From Klebsiella phage HMGUkp2: a stretch of 64,000 nucleotides of DNA. The DNA lies in sequence record PV683292.1; one strand, given 5' to 3'. Positions 10,607-19,093 of the stretch are shown here, piece after piece. The translations under genes and the position numbers were made by a program. A model generated the notes under the pieces. That model did no database searches, was not told the origin of the DNA, and worked only from the letters and a program-made list of their open reading frames with translations. Position 1 is the first letter of the stretch. Each line of letters starts with the position of its first letter.

Positions 10607-11167
10607 ATGAAAGCATCTACCTATCTTCAAATCGCATACCTGATTTCCCAAGAATCAAAATGCTGCTCTTGGAAAGTAGGTGCGGTTATCGAAAAAGATG
10701 GTCGCATCATTTCTACAGGGTATAACGGTTCTCCGGCCGGCGGAACTAACTGTTGTGACCATGCCGCACAGCAAGGTTGGACCAAGTTTATTCCTAATTC
10801 TGGGTCTGGCCGAATTTCAGGCAAAGGTGGACAAGTTGTTCTGGCTAAAGAACACAGACCCGCACATAGTGAATGGTCTTCTAAAAATGAAATCCACGCC
10901 GAACTGAACGCTATTTTGTTCGCGGCCCGTAAAGGTTCTTCAATTGAAGGCTCCACTCTGTATTGCACTGCATCTCCTTGCCCTGATTGTACTAAAGCTA
11001 TTTCTCAGTCAGGTATTAAAAAGGTTGTTTATGCGGAGCGCTATGATCGCTCTCCTGATGACTGGGCTGATATTCTGGTTGAAGCCGGAATTGAAGTTAT
11101 TGAATATAACCGTAAGAATCTTAACTCTCTGAACTGGGAACAGATTCGTAATTTTTGTGGTGAATAA
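10607..11167 (+). CDS. cd: dCMP deaminase
   Basis: 186 aa; zinc-binding HAE...PCxxC motifs (HAELNAI, SPCPDCTKAI); T4 synteny before 31.2/31.1/31. Confidence 0.9.
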   Translation: MKASTYLQIAYLISQESKCCSWKVGAVIEKDGRIISTGYNGSPAGGTNCCDHAAQQGWTKFIPNSGSGRISGKGGQVVLAKEHRPAHSEWSSKNEIHAELNAILFAARKGSSIEGSTLYCTASPCPDCTKAISQSGIKKVVYAERYDRSPDDWADILVEAGIEVIEYNRKNLNSLNWEQIRNFCGE

Positions 11168-11502
11168 TGAATCTTAACGAATTCGACTCTATCGTAAGCA
11201 TCAACCCGCCTATGCCAGAGCCTGTAGATGCAACTGAAAAATTTGCATTTATGCTCAAAGCTGCCGGTATTAATGTAATTGTTATCGGCGCTCCTTCGTT
11301 TTCTGTACAAACTATAAAACGTGGCGAGCGTTACAAAGTTGATATTGCATCTTTCAAGGCCCAGGATCTGGATCATCTGGTTTCTGAGATCGTGAAATTT
11401 AATCCGGATGTAGTTTATCTGCGTGAAGTAAAAGACTTTACTGAAATTGAAGGTAAACCTGCATACACTGTTCGCTTTAACTTTATTAAGGTAGAAGTAT
11501 GA
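11167..11502 (+). CDS. hypothetical protein (31.2-position)
   Basis: 111-aa ORF, ATGA overlap with cd. Confidence 0.5.
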   Translation: MNLNEFDSIVSINPPMPEPVDATEKFAFMLKAAGINVIVIGAPSFSVQTIKRGERYKVDIASFKAQDLDHLVSEIVKFNPDVVYLREVKDFTEIEGKPAYTVRFNFIKVEV

Positions 11503-11822
11503 AATTAACTACTGACCAAAAAATTGCTCTGCGTGAAGTTCTGAAAGTCAAACTATCCATGGGCGTATCAGATATAGTTTTCGAAAAAGCAGACGGCACT
11601 ATTCGTACTATGAAAGGTACCCGTGATAAAGATGTAGTTTCTTCTCTAGTTGGCGCCGAGATCTATGAAAGTTATGTGAATCCTTCTAAGCCACGTAAAG
11701 AATCCACCGATATGGTTCCTCTGTTTGATACCGAATTAAAACAATGGCGTGGATTCAGCATTGACAAACTGATCTCTGTTAACGGCATGAAAGCAGAACA
11801 TTTACTCCAATTTGTTGGCTAA
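11499..11822 (+). CDS. hypothetical protein (31.1-position)
   Basis: 107-aa ORF overlapping upstream gene. Confidence 0.5.
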   Translation: MKLTTDQKIALREVLKVKLSMGVSDIVFEKADGTIRTMKGTRDKDVVSSLVGAEIYESYVNPSKPRKESTDMVPLFDTELKQWRGFSIDKLISVNGMKAEHLLQFVG

Positions 11823-11828
11823 TCTGTT

Positions 11829-11860
11829 ATATGCTTTAAGAATGTTTTGATATTATTATT
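11829..11860 (+). promoter_or_regulatory. MotA-dependent middle promoter candidate for gene 31 (MotA box TATGCTTTA, 12-nt spacer, -10 TATTAT)
   Basis: seen in sequence; T4 gene 31 is known to have a middle promoter. Confidence 0.5.
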
Positions 11861-11886
11861 CTATCCTAACAACAAAAGAGATAACT

Positions 11887-12216
11887 ATGACTGATTTACC
11901 AATTCGTGCTCTTGGTGAGTATGTTATTTTAGTGTCTGAACCTGCCCAGGCTGGTGAGCCAGAAGTTTCTGCTGGCGGCATTATCATTGAACAACGCCGC
12001 TCTCAAGGCGAAGTTCCTGAACTGTGTGAAATCTATTCTATCGGTGAAGATGTTCCTAAAGGTTTCGTTGAAGTTGGCGATCTGACTCCAACCCCTTTAG
12101 GCAGCATCAAACATGTGACTCATCCTTTGGTTGCGGCTGGTATAGCTAAAGCTAAAGATATTAAGCAGAAATTCGTCACTGTACATTATAAAAATTTGAC
12201 GTGTGTTTACAAGTGA
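11887..12216 (+). CDS. 31: head assembly co-chaperonin (GroES analogue)
   Basis: 109 aa; near-identical core to T4 gp31 ([21 protein letters not shown]...G.II...R.QGEVPELC......G.DVP.GF.EVGDLT). Confidence 0.9.
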   Translation: MTDLPIRALGEYVILVSEPAQAGEPEVSAGGIIIEQRRSQGEVPELCEIYSIGEDVPKGFVEVGDLTPTPLGSIKHVTHPLVAAGIAKAKDIKQKFVTVHYKNLTCVYK

Positions 12217-12221
12217 TATAA
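12214..12221 (+). promoter_or_regulatory. late promoter TATAAATA upstream of rIII
   Basis: exact 8-mer; ~130 nt upstream of rIII start. Confidence 0.35.
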
Positions 12222-12284
12222 ATAAAAGTATGAAGTGATGTGAGAACTACCTCCAAAAAGGGCATGTCACATTAACTTCTATGC

Positions 12285-12332
12285 GGTGGAGATGCGTTAA
12301 GCCGAATGGGTCTTAAGGCTCCACCTTTTATT
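12285..12332 (+). terminator. hairpin (7-bp stem GGTGGAG/CTCCACC, 27-nt loop) followed by UUUUAUU between gene 31 and rIII
   Basis: seen in sequence; atypical long loop. Confidence 0.35.
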
Positions 12333-12353
12333 CACCTCACTTGAGGTTCTATA

Positions 12354-12602
12354 ATGAAAGATACTATCAAATTTGTACTTGACATCCAGCGTCAATCCTG
12401 GAATAACGGCCACGAGAACTACGGCGCCTCCATCGATGTAGAAGCAGCAATGCTTGATCTGCTCGGTTATTTCAAACATCTGAACCCAGCTCAGAAAGCT
12501 CTTGAAGCCGAACTAGCTGCTAAAGATGAACTGAAATATGCTAAGCCGCTGTGTGCTAAGGCTCATAAAGCTGTTCGCCACTTTGTGGTAACGCTGAAGT
12601 AA
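12354..12602 (+). CDS. rIII: lysis-inhibition accessory protein rIII-like (by size/synteny)
   Basis: 82 aa as T4 rIII; immediately downstream of gene 31 as in T4. Confidence 0.5.
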   Translation: MKDTIKFVLDIQRQSWNNGHENYGASIDVEAAMLDLLGYFKHLNPAQKALEAELAAKDELKYAKPLCAKAHKAVRHFVVTLK

Positions 12603-12941
12603 TTTGTACGCCCACCATGTGTACGCATGGGTAACGTATGATGTGGACGTTGTTGGTTATCCCCACGTAAAACATCCGAAACCAACGGTGATTTGCTACC
12701 AAAGTGCAGCTAGAAAATAAACGGCAAGTGCATGCTACCCCGAGGCGATGGCTAATCGGGAGTACGCCTCAAGGCCTATACATCCATCGGTGTATATCTT
12801 ATCCCCGATAAATCGGACCCGGAACCTTTAAGCTAACGGTGTGCAACAGATAAGAGTTTAAACGTACCCCTTTGAGGGCTTGCGGGAGCTACAACCGAAA
12901 GAACTGTCGAAAGAAGTTGAACCTCGGAAGAACGTGCTCCC
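12603..12941 (+). other. 340-bp GC-enriched noncoding region with multiple local hairpins (e.g. CGTTGGTT...AACCAACG, GAGGCG...CGCCTC, CCATG...CATGG); candidate structured RNA / leader
   Basis: no ORF with RBS on either strand; composition and hairpin density differ from surrounding AT-rich DNA. Confidence 0.3.
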
Positions 12942-12971
12942 ATGTATTTCTCCAAAATGGAAGACTTTATA

Positions 12972-13154
12972 ATGGCTAAACAAGCAAAAGCAAAAGCAAA
13001 AACTGCAGTAAAAGAAGTTGTTGGTACCTCTAAACGCGCTGGCTACAAGCGTGCGTCGAACAAGCGTATCAATCAGACGGTTGAGAAAATCATGCGTCGG
13101 GCTCGTGCGGTTCTTCGCGATGATGCTTCTCGTTTTGGTAAGCCGAAGGCATAA
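12972..13154 (+). CDS. very basic small protein (60 aa, K/R-rich), function unknown
   Basis: ATG at 12972 has a GGAAG SD 8 nt upstream; ORF-track start 12942 lacks SD; followed by a strong terminator at 13160-13185. Confidence 0.4.
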   Translation: MAKQAKAKAKTAVKEVVGTSKRAGYKRASNKRINQTVEKIMRRARAVLRDDASRFGKPKA

Positions 13155-13159
13155 GTTTA

Positions 13160-13187
13160 GGGACTCCTACGGGAGTCCCTTTTTTGT
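13160..13187 (+). terminator. intrinsic terminator GGGACUCC-UACG-GGAGUCCC + UUUUUUGUUUU
   Basis: 8-bp stem, tetraloop, 6-U tail. Confidence 0.8.
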
Positions 13188-13200
13188 TTTAGTAGAAGGT

Positions 13201-13245
13201 GTTTACATCAGCTTTAGGTTGTGGTATAGTACTCTTACACCAACA
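13201..13245 (+). promoter_or_regulatory. T4-type early promoter GTTTAC-N18-TATAGT followed by conserved leader CTCTTACACCAACAAACCGGAG
   Basis: seen in sequence; near-identical 27-nt block repeated at 14706-14732. Confidence 0.65.
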
Positions 13246-13259
13246 AACCGGAGAATAAA

Positions 13260-13625
13260 ATGAAAATCAATCTGAATGCTACTGTTAAGTGCAAAGACCA
13301 TGACGGCTATAAAGCCCAAGTAGTTCATGAAGCCCAGTGGATGCTTAGCAAAGAGCAATTCGAACTGGTTTACTGTATGACTCCTGAGGGCCCTTCAGAT
13401 GATTTCTCATGGAAAATTCGTTTGACTAATTTCTTCACCGGTGAAGAGTATGTTTTGAAAACCCTTGTTGTTGGTAAAATCATTTCCGAGACTTACGAAG
13501 ATGAAGACGGTTACTCAGAAGATGTAACGTACTACAAAAACGGCCGTCAAGTGGCTGATGACCTGATTGAAAAAATGAAAGCTAAAGGTCTTATTGATTT
13601 AACTCATTGGACCTTTATCGGTTAA
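13260..13625 (+). CDS. hypothetical early protein
   Basis: 121-aa ORF directly downstream of early promoter 13201 with gagga SD. Confidence 0.5.
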   Translation: MKINLNATVKCKDHDGYKAQVVHEAQWMLSKEQFELVYCMTPEGPSDDFSWKIRLTNFFTGEEYVLKTLVVGKIISETYEDEDGYSEDVTYYKNGRQVADDLIEKMKAKGLIDLTHWTFIG

Positions 13626-13631
13626 TTGACT

Positions 13632-13651
13632 GGGGCTTCGGCCCCTCCTTT
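13632..13651 (+). terminator. terminator GGGGCUUCGGCCCC + UCCUUUU
   Basis: seen in sequence. Confidence 0.6.
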
Positions 13652-13664
13652 TGAGGAAATAGAA

Positions 13665-14195
13665 ATGCGTAATTATGAACTGGATGCAACTTATAAGCTT
13701 TCCGACGAAGCGGTCAAGCGGTTCTCTGAAAGTAGCCATAAAGGATTAAATTACTGCCTGGCTCGTGAAATTGGTACTCGTCTTTGGAAGCCGGTTTCTC
13801 TCGATTCAAGTGGGTGTGTTCAAGCTATTGAAATGGTTGGCACCGGGCGAGTCATTGCACCTAAAGACCTTAACTGCGCTGATATCAAAGGCCGCGAACA
13901 ATCATATGTAATGTTTACCTGTGGTGAGCTTGATGTTGGCACTGTTGAGCGGTACATTGAACGTAATCCGGTTCAGGTAGAAGTCGAGCCTCTGTATCTT
14001 GTTCTAGAACGTTCTAAAAACTTTGAACGGGCTTCTATTGCTTATCGCGGCAATCAGTGTGCTTTCACTCTTGAAGAAGCAAAACAGATGGTTGCAGAAC
14101 TCTGTCTGATTGCTCCTGTTGAAACAACGTACGAGTTGTACAAATTCTACGGCACTGCAAAGCCTGTTGTTACCACCGTAATCGAAGTTAAATAA
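13665..14195 (+). CDS. hypothetical protein, member A of a tandem paralogous trio
   Basis: Start moved to ATG 13665 because ORF-track start 13626 overlaps the terminator hairpin 13632-13645; C-terminal region resembles ORFs 14205-14681 and 15139-15618. Confidence 0.45.
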   Translation: MRNYELDATYKLSDEAVKRFSESSHKGLNYCLAREIGTRLWKPVSLDSSGCVQAIEMVGTGRVIAPKDLNCADIKGREQSYVMFTCGELDVGTVERYIERNPVQVEVEPLYLVLERSKNFERASIAYRGNQCAFTLEEAKQMVAELCLIAPVETTYELYKFYGTAKPVVTTVIEVK

Positions 14196-14204
14196 GGAAC
14201 TAAA

Positions 14205-14681
14205 ATGGAACTCTATAAATTTGCATCAGAAGACGCTCGTCAGAAATTCGAACTCAGTAGCTGGGAAATCGATAATGCACTGGCTAAATTGCTGAAAGGT
14301 AAAATTTTTAGCTTAACTGAAAAGAAGGCTAATGGTACGGTTATAGCCATCGAAGTTGAAGGTGAACACTACAACTCTGATCGCCTTCGTAAAGAATACC
14401 CTGAGTTCGGAATTGATGAATACGCTGAAGCTCTGTTTACTGGCGATGAAATCGGTACATTGGTCGTTAAGGTTCCTGAACCGGTTGAAAAGTTCTGTGT
14501 AATGACTGCTGACGGAAATAGTGGGTTCTTGATTCGTGCTCATGATATGACTCTGGAACGGGCAGAAGAAGTTGCGGCTCTCTACGTACGCGACAACGAA
14601 GACTCACAGGCAATAGTTATCAAAAAGATTTCGTCGTTTACTGCAAAGAAAGAAATCGTGATAGATAAAGTTCAATACTAA
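14205..14681 (+). CDS. hypothetical protein, member B of paralogous trio
   Basis: 158 aa; shared motifs with A and C (G.VIAIEV.G, C-terminal EEA..A..V...VIK). Confidence 0.45.
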   Translation: MELYKFASEDARQKFELSSWEIDNALAKLLKGKIFSLTEKKANGTVIAIEVEGEHYNSDRLRKEYPEFGIDEYAEALFTGDEIGTLVVKVPEPVEKFCVMTADGNSGFLIRAHDMTLERAEEVAALYVRDNEDSQAIVIKKISSFTAKKEIVIDKVQY

Positions 14682-14692
14682 GTGTTTACAAT

Positions 14693-14735
14693 GGTGTAGG
14701 AGTATGGTATAGTACTCTTACACCAACAAATGAGG
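14693..14735 (+). promoter_or_regulatory. T4-type early promoter GTTTAC-N18-TATAGT within 12-bp imperfect stem GGTGTAGGAGTA/TACTCTTACACC (PeSL-like)
   Basis: seen in sequence. Confidence 0.65.
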
Positions 14736-14743
14736 ATAAAATA

Positions 14744-15100
14744 ATGAACTTCACCAACTTCGAACGCAAATATGTTCATGATTTCGATCAATCGCCTATC
14801 TGCCTCTGGAAACATAATAACGGTGTTGTAGCTCAGATCGATATGTACTGGGAAGATAACTATGTTTTCATCAGCTTTGAGAACGGTCCTACTCTAGATA
14901 TTAAACTGGAAGGTTCCATGATTAAAGTTGGTTTTCACGATGATGTTCGTGTTCGCAACTTTGCTACACATCCATCATGGCACGGTGATAATCGCAAAAC
15001 TTTGGTTAAGCTTTATCTGCGCCATGTGCTCGGTTTAAGAACTACTGAAGAACAGCGTGAAGCAATCTGGGATATCGTTTCAAACGAATTCACAATTTAA
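14744..15100 (+). CDS. hypothetical early protein
   Basis: 118-aa ORF downstream of early promoter 14693; followed by terminator 15107-15120. Confidence 0.5.
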   Translation: MNFTNFERKYVHDFDQSPICLWKHNNGVVAQIDMYWEDNYVFISFENGPTLDIKLEGSMIKVGFHDDVRVRNFATHPSWHGDNRKTLVKLYLRHVLGLRTTEEQREAIWDIVSNEFTI

Positions 15101-15106
15101 TCGAAC

Positions 15107-15126
15107 GGGGCTTCGGCCCCATCTTT
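15107..15126 (+). terminator. hairpin GGGGCUUCGGCCCC + AUCUUUG (weak U tail)
   Basis: seen in sequence. Confidence 0.5.
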
Positions 15127-15138
15127 GAGGAAATTACT

Positions 15139-15618
15139 ATGAACGTTACTGGCAAAACATTTAAACTGTCTACAGAGAAGTTCAACGAATACTTAAGTCG
15201 TTATAGTAAAATAGCTGAAGTTTTTGTTGAGTGTAATCCTACCAATTTACCATTCAAGGTTTTGTCTTCTGATGAAGGTGGTAACATTCTAGCTATCGAA
15301 ATCCCTGGCGGCAAAGTCCTTCAAGCCTATGAAGGTGAGCTTTCTGATTACTGGTGTATTTTCTTAGATACTGCGTACAATAAGGCTATTCCGGGTTTCC
15401 ATTTGATTGAGACAGATCCCGTAGTGGCTCCTTCTGAAGAAGAAACCGGTTATTACGTTCTTACCATTAACAAAGACTCCAAAGCTATTTTGGGTCCTTT
15501 GACTTCTAAAGATGCTTATGAGTTCGCTGAGCGTCAAGCTCTTAACGCTGTTCCTGAAGTAGTTGTTCAGGTTCTGAAAATCGAAGCCACTGCATCTGTA
15601 GAGGTAAAATTCAAATGA
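15139..15618 (+). CDS. hypothetical protein, member C of paralogous trio
   Basis: 159 aa; resembles 14205-14681. Confidence 0.45.
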   Translation: MNVTGKTFKLSTEKFNEYLSRYSKIAEVFVECNPTNLPFKVLSSDEGGNILAIEIPGGKVLQAYEGELSDYWCIFLDTAYNKAIPGFHLIETDPVVAPSEEETGYYVLTINKDSKAILGPLTSKDAYEFAERQALNAVPEVVVQVLKIEATASVEVKFK

Positions 15619-15899
15619 TCGTATCAAGCTTCTGGAACGAAAAACGTGGAAGCATCGAAACTATCATCAGCGATACCTTCGATGGCAAAGTACCTACTGT
15701 TGATGCCGTTCGTAAGTACATCGATAAGTACTGCCCTGTAGAGTTTCGTCTTATCAACGGCGCTGACTCTTTGCAAATCAACTATATCAACGCACGTCTG
15801 GAAAAATTAGTTACAGATCGACCTGTAGGTTATTCTGACGACAACGGTGATAACGCCGTTATGCCTAAAGAGCCTAATAAATTCAAAACTAAGTTCTGA
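15615..15899 (+). CDS. hypothetical protein
   Basis: 94-aa ORF, ATGA overlap. Confidence 0.45.
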   Translation: MIVSSFWNEKRGSIETIISDTFDGKVPTVDAVRKYIDKYCPVEFRLINGADSLQINYINARLEKLVTDRPVGYSDDNGDNAVMPKEPNKFKTKF

Positions 15900-15909
15900 G
15901 GAAAATATT

Positions 15910-16074
15910 ATGCGTGTTTCTGTTCCTAAAGCCCAAGCTCCGCGCCTGGCTCGTTGCTTGATGAACAATGAAATGATCGAAGTTATTAGTTGTGAAGTTG
16001 AAAGTAATAAAGTGGTTTATTACGTAGATGCTCCAGAGTTCTTTGAATTTCCTAACTGGGTTACAGTGCAATGA
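15910..16074 (+). CDS. hypothetical small protein (54 aa)
   Basis: ATG at 15910 with gagga SD; ORF-track 15847 start lies inside upstream gene. Confidence 0.35.
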   Translation: MRVSVPKAQAPRLARCLMNNEMIEVISCEVESNKVVYYVDAPEFFEFPNWVTVQ

Positions 16075-16253
16075 TTCAAGTAGCTAATGGTTTTAAACAA
16101 GGCGAAATCCATCTAATCTCGGCTGGGTTGCCTAAATCAGGCTTCTATATGGAAGTCCTGAAGAAACGACTCGAACAAGGAAATTACATAGTTATAACGG
16201 ACTTCGAGTCATCTGTAGACTTTGAAAAATTAAAGGATTTCTATGCGCTTTAG
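16071..16253 (+). CDS. hypothetical small protein
   Basis: 60-aa ORF with ATGA overlap. Confidence 0.35.
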   Translation: MIQVANGFKQGEIHLISAGLPKSGFYMEVLKKRLEQGNYIVITDFESSVDFEKLKDFYAL

Positions 16254-16455
16254 AAGACATGATACAGTCTCATTAGGCCTCTCTGGTATCCCAGGTGTTG
16301 TTATCTATTGTTTAGAAGCAATTCCACAGTACCACATCGAACCGTGGTATAATGTAAACTGGGTTGATGGTAATACTTCACTGCACGCTGAAAGCGAGCT
16401 TTTTAAAATATCTAAACTAAGAGATCTAACTAATGAAGAAGGTTATTCTTACTGA
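16243..16455 (+). CDS. hypothetical small protein
   Basis: 70-aa ORF overlapping neighbours. Confidence 0.35.
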   Translation: MRFRRHDTVSLGLSGIPGVVIYCLEAIPQYHIEPWYNVNWVDGNTSLHAESELFKISKLRDLTNEEGYSY

Positions 16456-17275
16456 TATCGATGGTGTGGTTATCCAGTGGCAATCAGGCCTGGCTTATTT
16501 TGCACACAAATATGGTATCAAAACTGACGTCATTATTGAGATGATTTCAGACGAAAAGTTCCGGTGCGCTTCGGATATTTTCCAAACTGATCTTGCTACC
16601 GGAAAGCAGCTTATGGAAAAGTACAATAACTCCGATTTTATTCGATACCTTGCCGCGTATAAAGATGCCCTGAAGGTTATCAATGACCTAAAGAAAGACT
16701 ACGAATTTGTAGCTATAACTGCGCTAGGCAACAGTATTGATGCCAAGCTGAATAGACAGTTCAATCTGAATTCTTTGTTCCCTGGCGCATTCCAGGAAAT
16801 CCTGATGTGTGGTCATTCAGAGTCTAAGGATGCCCTTCTTTCTCAGGCTAAAGAAAAATATGGATCTCGGATTGTTTGTTATATCGATGATCTGCCTTCT
16901 CACTGTGAAGCTGCCATGAAGGTATTCAAAGGAACGGATGTCGATGTGTTCTTTATGCCTCGCGGCGAAAGAGCCGAGAAAACAGGTGCTTATTTTGTTA
17001 AAGACTGGGCTGAAGTTCAGTATATGATTTCTAAGCGTTCTTCTGATATTGGGAACCTGGCTACTCTTCATAAAATAGCAGGTACTCCTGGGACCCGTAA
17101 AGATCATGAAGATGCCATTTGGGAAGTAATCCGTAAGGCCCAAGAAGCTAATAAAAATAAGCCTTGGGCCCAAACACCTTTACGCCCGGTTGTCCCATTT
17201 ACTCCAGAGCCGTACATCAATTGCAGAGACAAATGGACCATTAAAAGTCCGTCCTCTTTAAGGGCATCCTTCTGA
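16433..17275 (+). CDS. HAD-superfamily hydrolase-like protein (possible nucleotidase/phosphatase)
   Basis: N-terminal motif I VILTDIDGVV typical of haloacid dehalogenase-like phosphatases; 280 aa; in 30.x region. Confidence 0.5.
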   Translation: MKKVILTDIDGVVIQWQSGLAYFAHKYGIKTDVIIEMISDEKFRCASDIFQTDLATGKQLMEKYNNSDFIRYLAAYKDALKVINDLKKDYEFVAITALGNSIDAKLNRQFNLNSLFPGAFQEILMCGHSESKDALLSQAKEKYGSRIVCYIDDLPSHCEAAMKVFKGTDVDVFFMPRGERAEKTGAYFVKDWAEVQYMISKRSSDIGNLATLHKIAGTPGTRKDHEDAIWEVIRKAQEANKNKPWAQTPLRPVVPFTPEPYINCRDKWTIKSPSSLRASF

Positions 17276-17282
17276 GGTAGCT

Positions 17283-17558
17283 ATGTTCGTGGTTCATACT
17301 CTTATAGACGGAAAACATAGTACACGTGACTTCGGTCACGTTAACATGTTCTTCCGTGAAAACCCTTTGTTCAGACAAGCTAAGGATGAAGAAATCTTTA
17401 AACAATGTGTTGAGCAAGGGTTCATTTATATAAGCGAATACCTCTGCGATACCGTTAATGGCCGGAGAGCTATGATTACTTATCATAAGAAGCTAGATCT
17501 GCTTCTGGATGAAGTAGCTTATAATAAGACTACTTATAACGGAAGGCGAATTAAATGA
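17283..17558 (+). CDS. hypothetical protein
   Basis: 91-aa ORF immediately upstream of and overlapping ligase gene. Confidence 0.45.
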   Translation: MFVVHTLIDGKHSTRDFGHVNMFFRENPLFRQAKDEEIFKQCVEQGFIYISEYLCDTVNGRRAMITYHKKLDLLLDEVAYNKTTYNGRRIK

Positions 17559-19033
17559 TTTTAGATATCCTTAACGAACTTGCTGCTACAGATTCAACCA
17601 ACGAAAAGAAAGCGATTATGAATCGCGAAAAGAATAATGAACTTCTGAAGCGTGTATTCAGAATGACATATTCTCGTCGTTTGAACTACGGTATCAAAAA
17701 ATGGCCTCAGGCCGGTGAACCCACACAAGCTGCAGGCCTTTTAACTCTAGAAGATTGCTTAGATTTCGCAGAGTTTACTTTAGCTCCTAGAAAGGTAACA
17801 GGTAATGCGGCCATTGCTGAGTTAGCCTCGTATATCGCAGATGGTTCTCCGGAAATTATAGAAGTTTTACGCCGTGTTCTGATGCGGGATCTTGAATGTG
17901 GCACAGGTACAACGATTGCTAATAAAACCTGGAAAAACCTCATTCCTGAGTACCCACAGATGTTGGCTTCATCTTTTGACGAAGCCAAAATTAAAAAGCA
18001 TATTAAGTTTCCAGCGTATGCCCAGCTAAAGGCTGATGGTGCACGGTGCTTTGCCGAAGTACGTGATGATGGGGTTTTGTTCTTTTCTCGCTCTGGTAAC
18101 AATTATCTAGGTCTTGATAAATTGGCTGAACAGCTAATGGAAATGACTAAAGAAGCCCGCGAGAAACACCCCGGCGGTGTAATGATTGATGGTGAGCTAG
18201 TTTATCATGCTCCAGCCAATTTCAAAGAGAAAGATTCTCTTGACTTCCTGTTCGGCGACGTTGTTGAAGAACAAGAAGAGACTGTTGCTGACCGCAGCAC
18301 TTCAAATGGGTTAGCAAACAAATCTCTGAAGGGCACAATTACCACTGAAGAAGCCGAAGGTATGAAATTCCAGGTCTGGGATTACGTTCCTCTGGATGTA
18401 ATTTATTCTGAAGGTAAACTCAAGAGCTTTAAGTACGATGTACGTTTCCGTGCATTAGAACTTATGGCTGAATCCTTCAGCCAGATTATTCTTATCGAAA
18501 ATCATTTGGTTAATAGCCTTGAAGAAGCTCGGGCTGTTTACCAGAAATACCGTGACCAGGGCTTAGAAGGCATTATTCTTAAGAATATGGATGGTCTGTG
18601 GGAAGATGCTCGCTCTAAGAACCAGTTCAAGTTCAAAGCAGTAATAGATATTGCTTTACGAGTTACTGGGTACTATGCTCACTCTAAAGATCCGAATAAA
18701 ATTGGCGGTGTTAACCTAGCTTCTGAGTGTGGACGTATTACTACTGACTGTGGTTCAGGTTTCACAGATACAACTCATAAGAAAATTGATGGTGAATGGA
18801 TTCTGATTCCTATCGACCAACGCGGCGAACTTGACCGTGAATCTCTGATGCAAGATGCTATTGCTGGTAAGTTAATTGACCGTATTGCCGATTGTGAATG
18901 TAATGGTTGGACGACTTCTAAAGGCCGTAAAGACGGAACTGTAGGCGTGTTTTTACCAATTATTAAAGGCTGGCGATTTGACAAAGAAAAAGCCGATACC
19001 TTTGAAGAGGTGTTTGGTGATTGGCCATTCTAA
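17555..19033 (+). CDS. 30: ATP-dependent DNA ligase
   Basis: 492 aa; strong similarity to T4 DNA ligase incl. adenylation motif KADGAR (KAD..R) and MILDILNE...LLKRV..TYSR N-terminus. Confidence 0.95.
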   Translation: MILDILNELAATDSTNEKKAIMNREKNNELLKRVFRMTYSRRLNYGIKKWPQAGEPTQAAGLLTLEDCLDFAEFTLAPRKVTGNAAIAELASYIADGSPEIIEVLRRVLMRDLECGTGTTIANKTWKNLIPEYPQMLASSFDEAKIKKHIKFPAYAQLKADGARCFAEVRDDGVLFFSRSGNNYLGLDKLAEQLMEMTKEAREKHPGGVMIDGELVYHAPANFKEKDSLDFLFGDVVEEQEETVADRSTSNGLANKSLKGTITTEEAEGMKFQVWDYVPLDVIYSEGKLKSFKYDVRFRALELMAESFSQIILIENHLVNSLEEARAVYQKYRDQGLEGIILKNMDGLWEDARSKNQFKFKAVIDIALRVTGYYAHSKDPNKIGGVNLASECGRITTDCGSGFTDTTHKKIDGEWILIPIDQRGELDRESLMQDAIAGKLIDRIADCECNGWTTSKGRKDGTVGVFLPIIKGWRFDKEKADTFEEVFGDWPF

Positions 19034-19037
19034 TTAA

Positions 19038-19059
19038 GGAGCCTTCGGGCTCCTTTTTG
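19038..19059 (+). terminator. terminator GGAGCCUUCGGGCUCC + UUUUUGG after ligase gene
   Basis: seen in sequence. Confidence 0.75.
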
Positions 19060-19060
19060 G

Positions 19061-19068
19061 CATAAATA
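19061..19068 (+). promoter_or_regulatory. variant late promoter CATAAATA 25 nt upstream of alt
   Basis: 7/8 match, correct spacing to SD aagggga/ATG. Confidence 0.3.
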
Positions 19069-19093
19069 GTAGTATCTTATAAGGGGAATAATT

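Noticed and set aside
10627-10968. 113-aa ORF on - strand
   Set aside because: Antisense inside dCMP deaminase gene; spurious.
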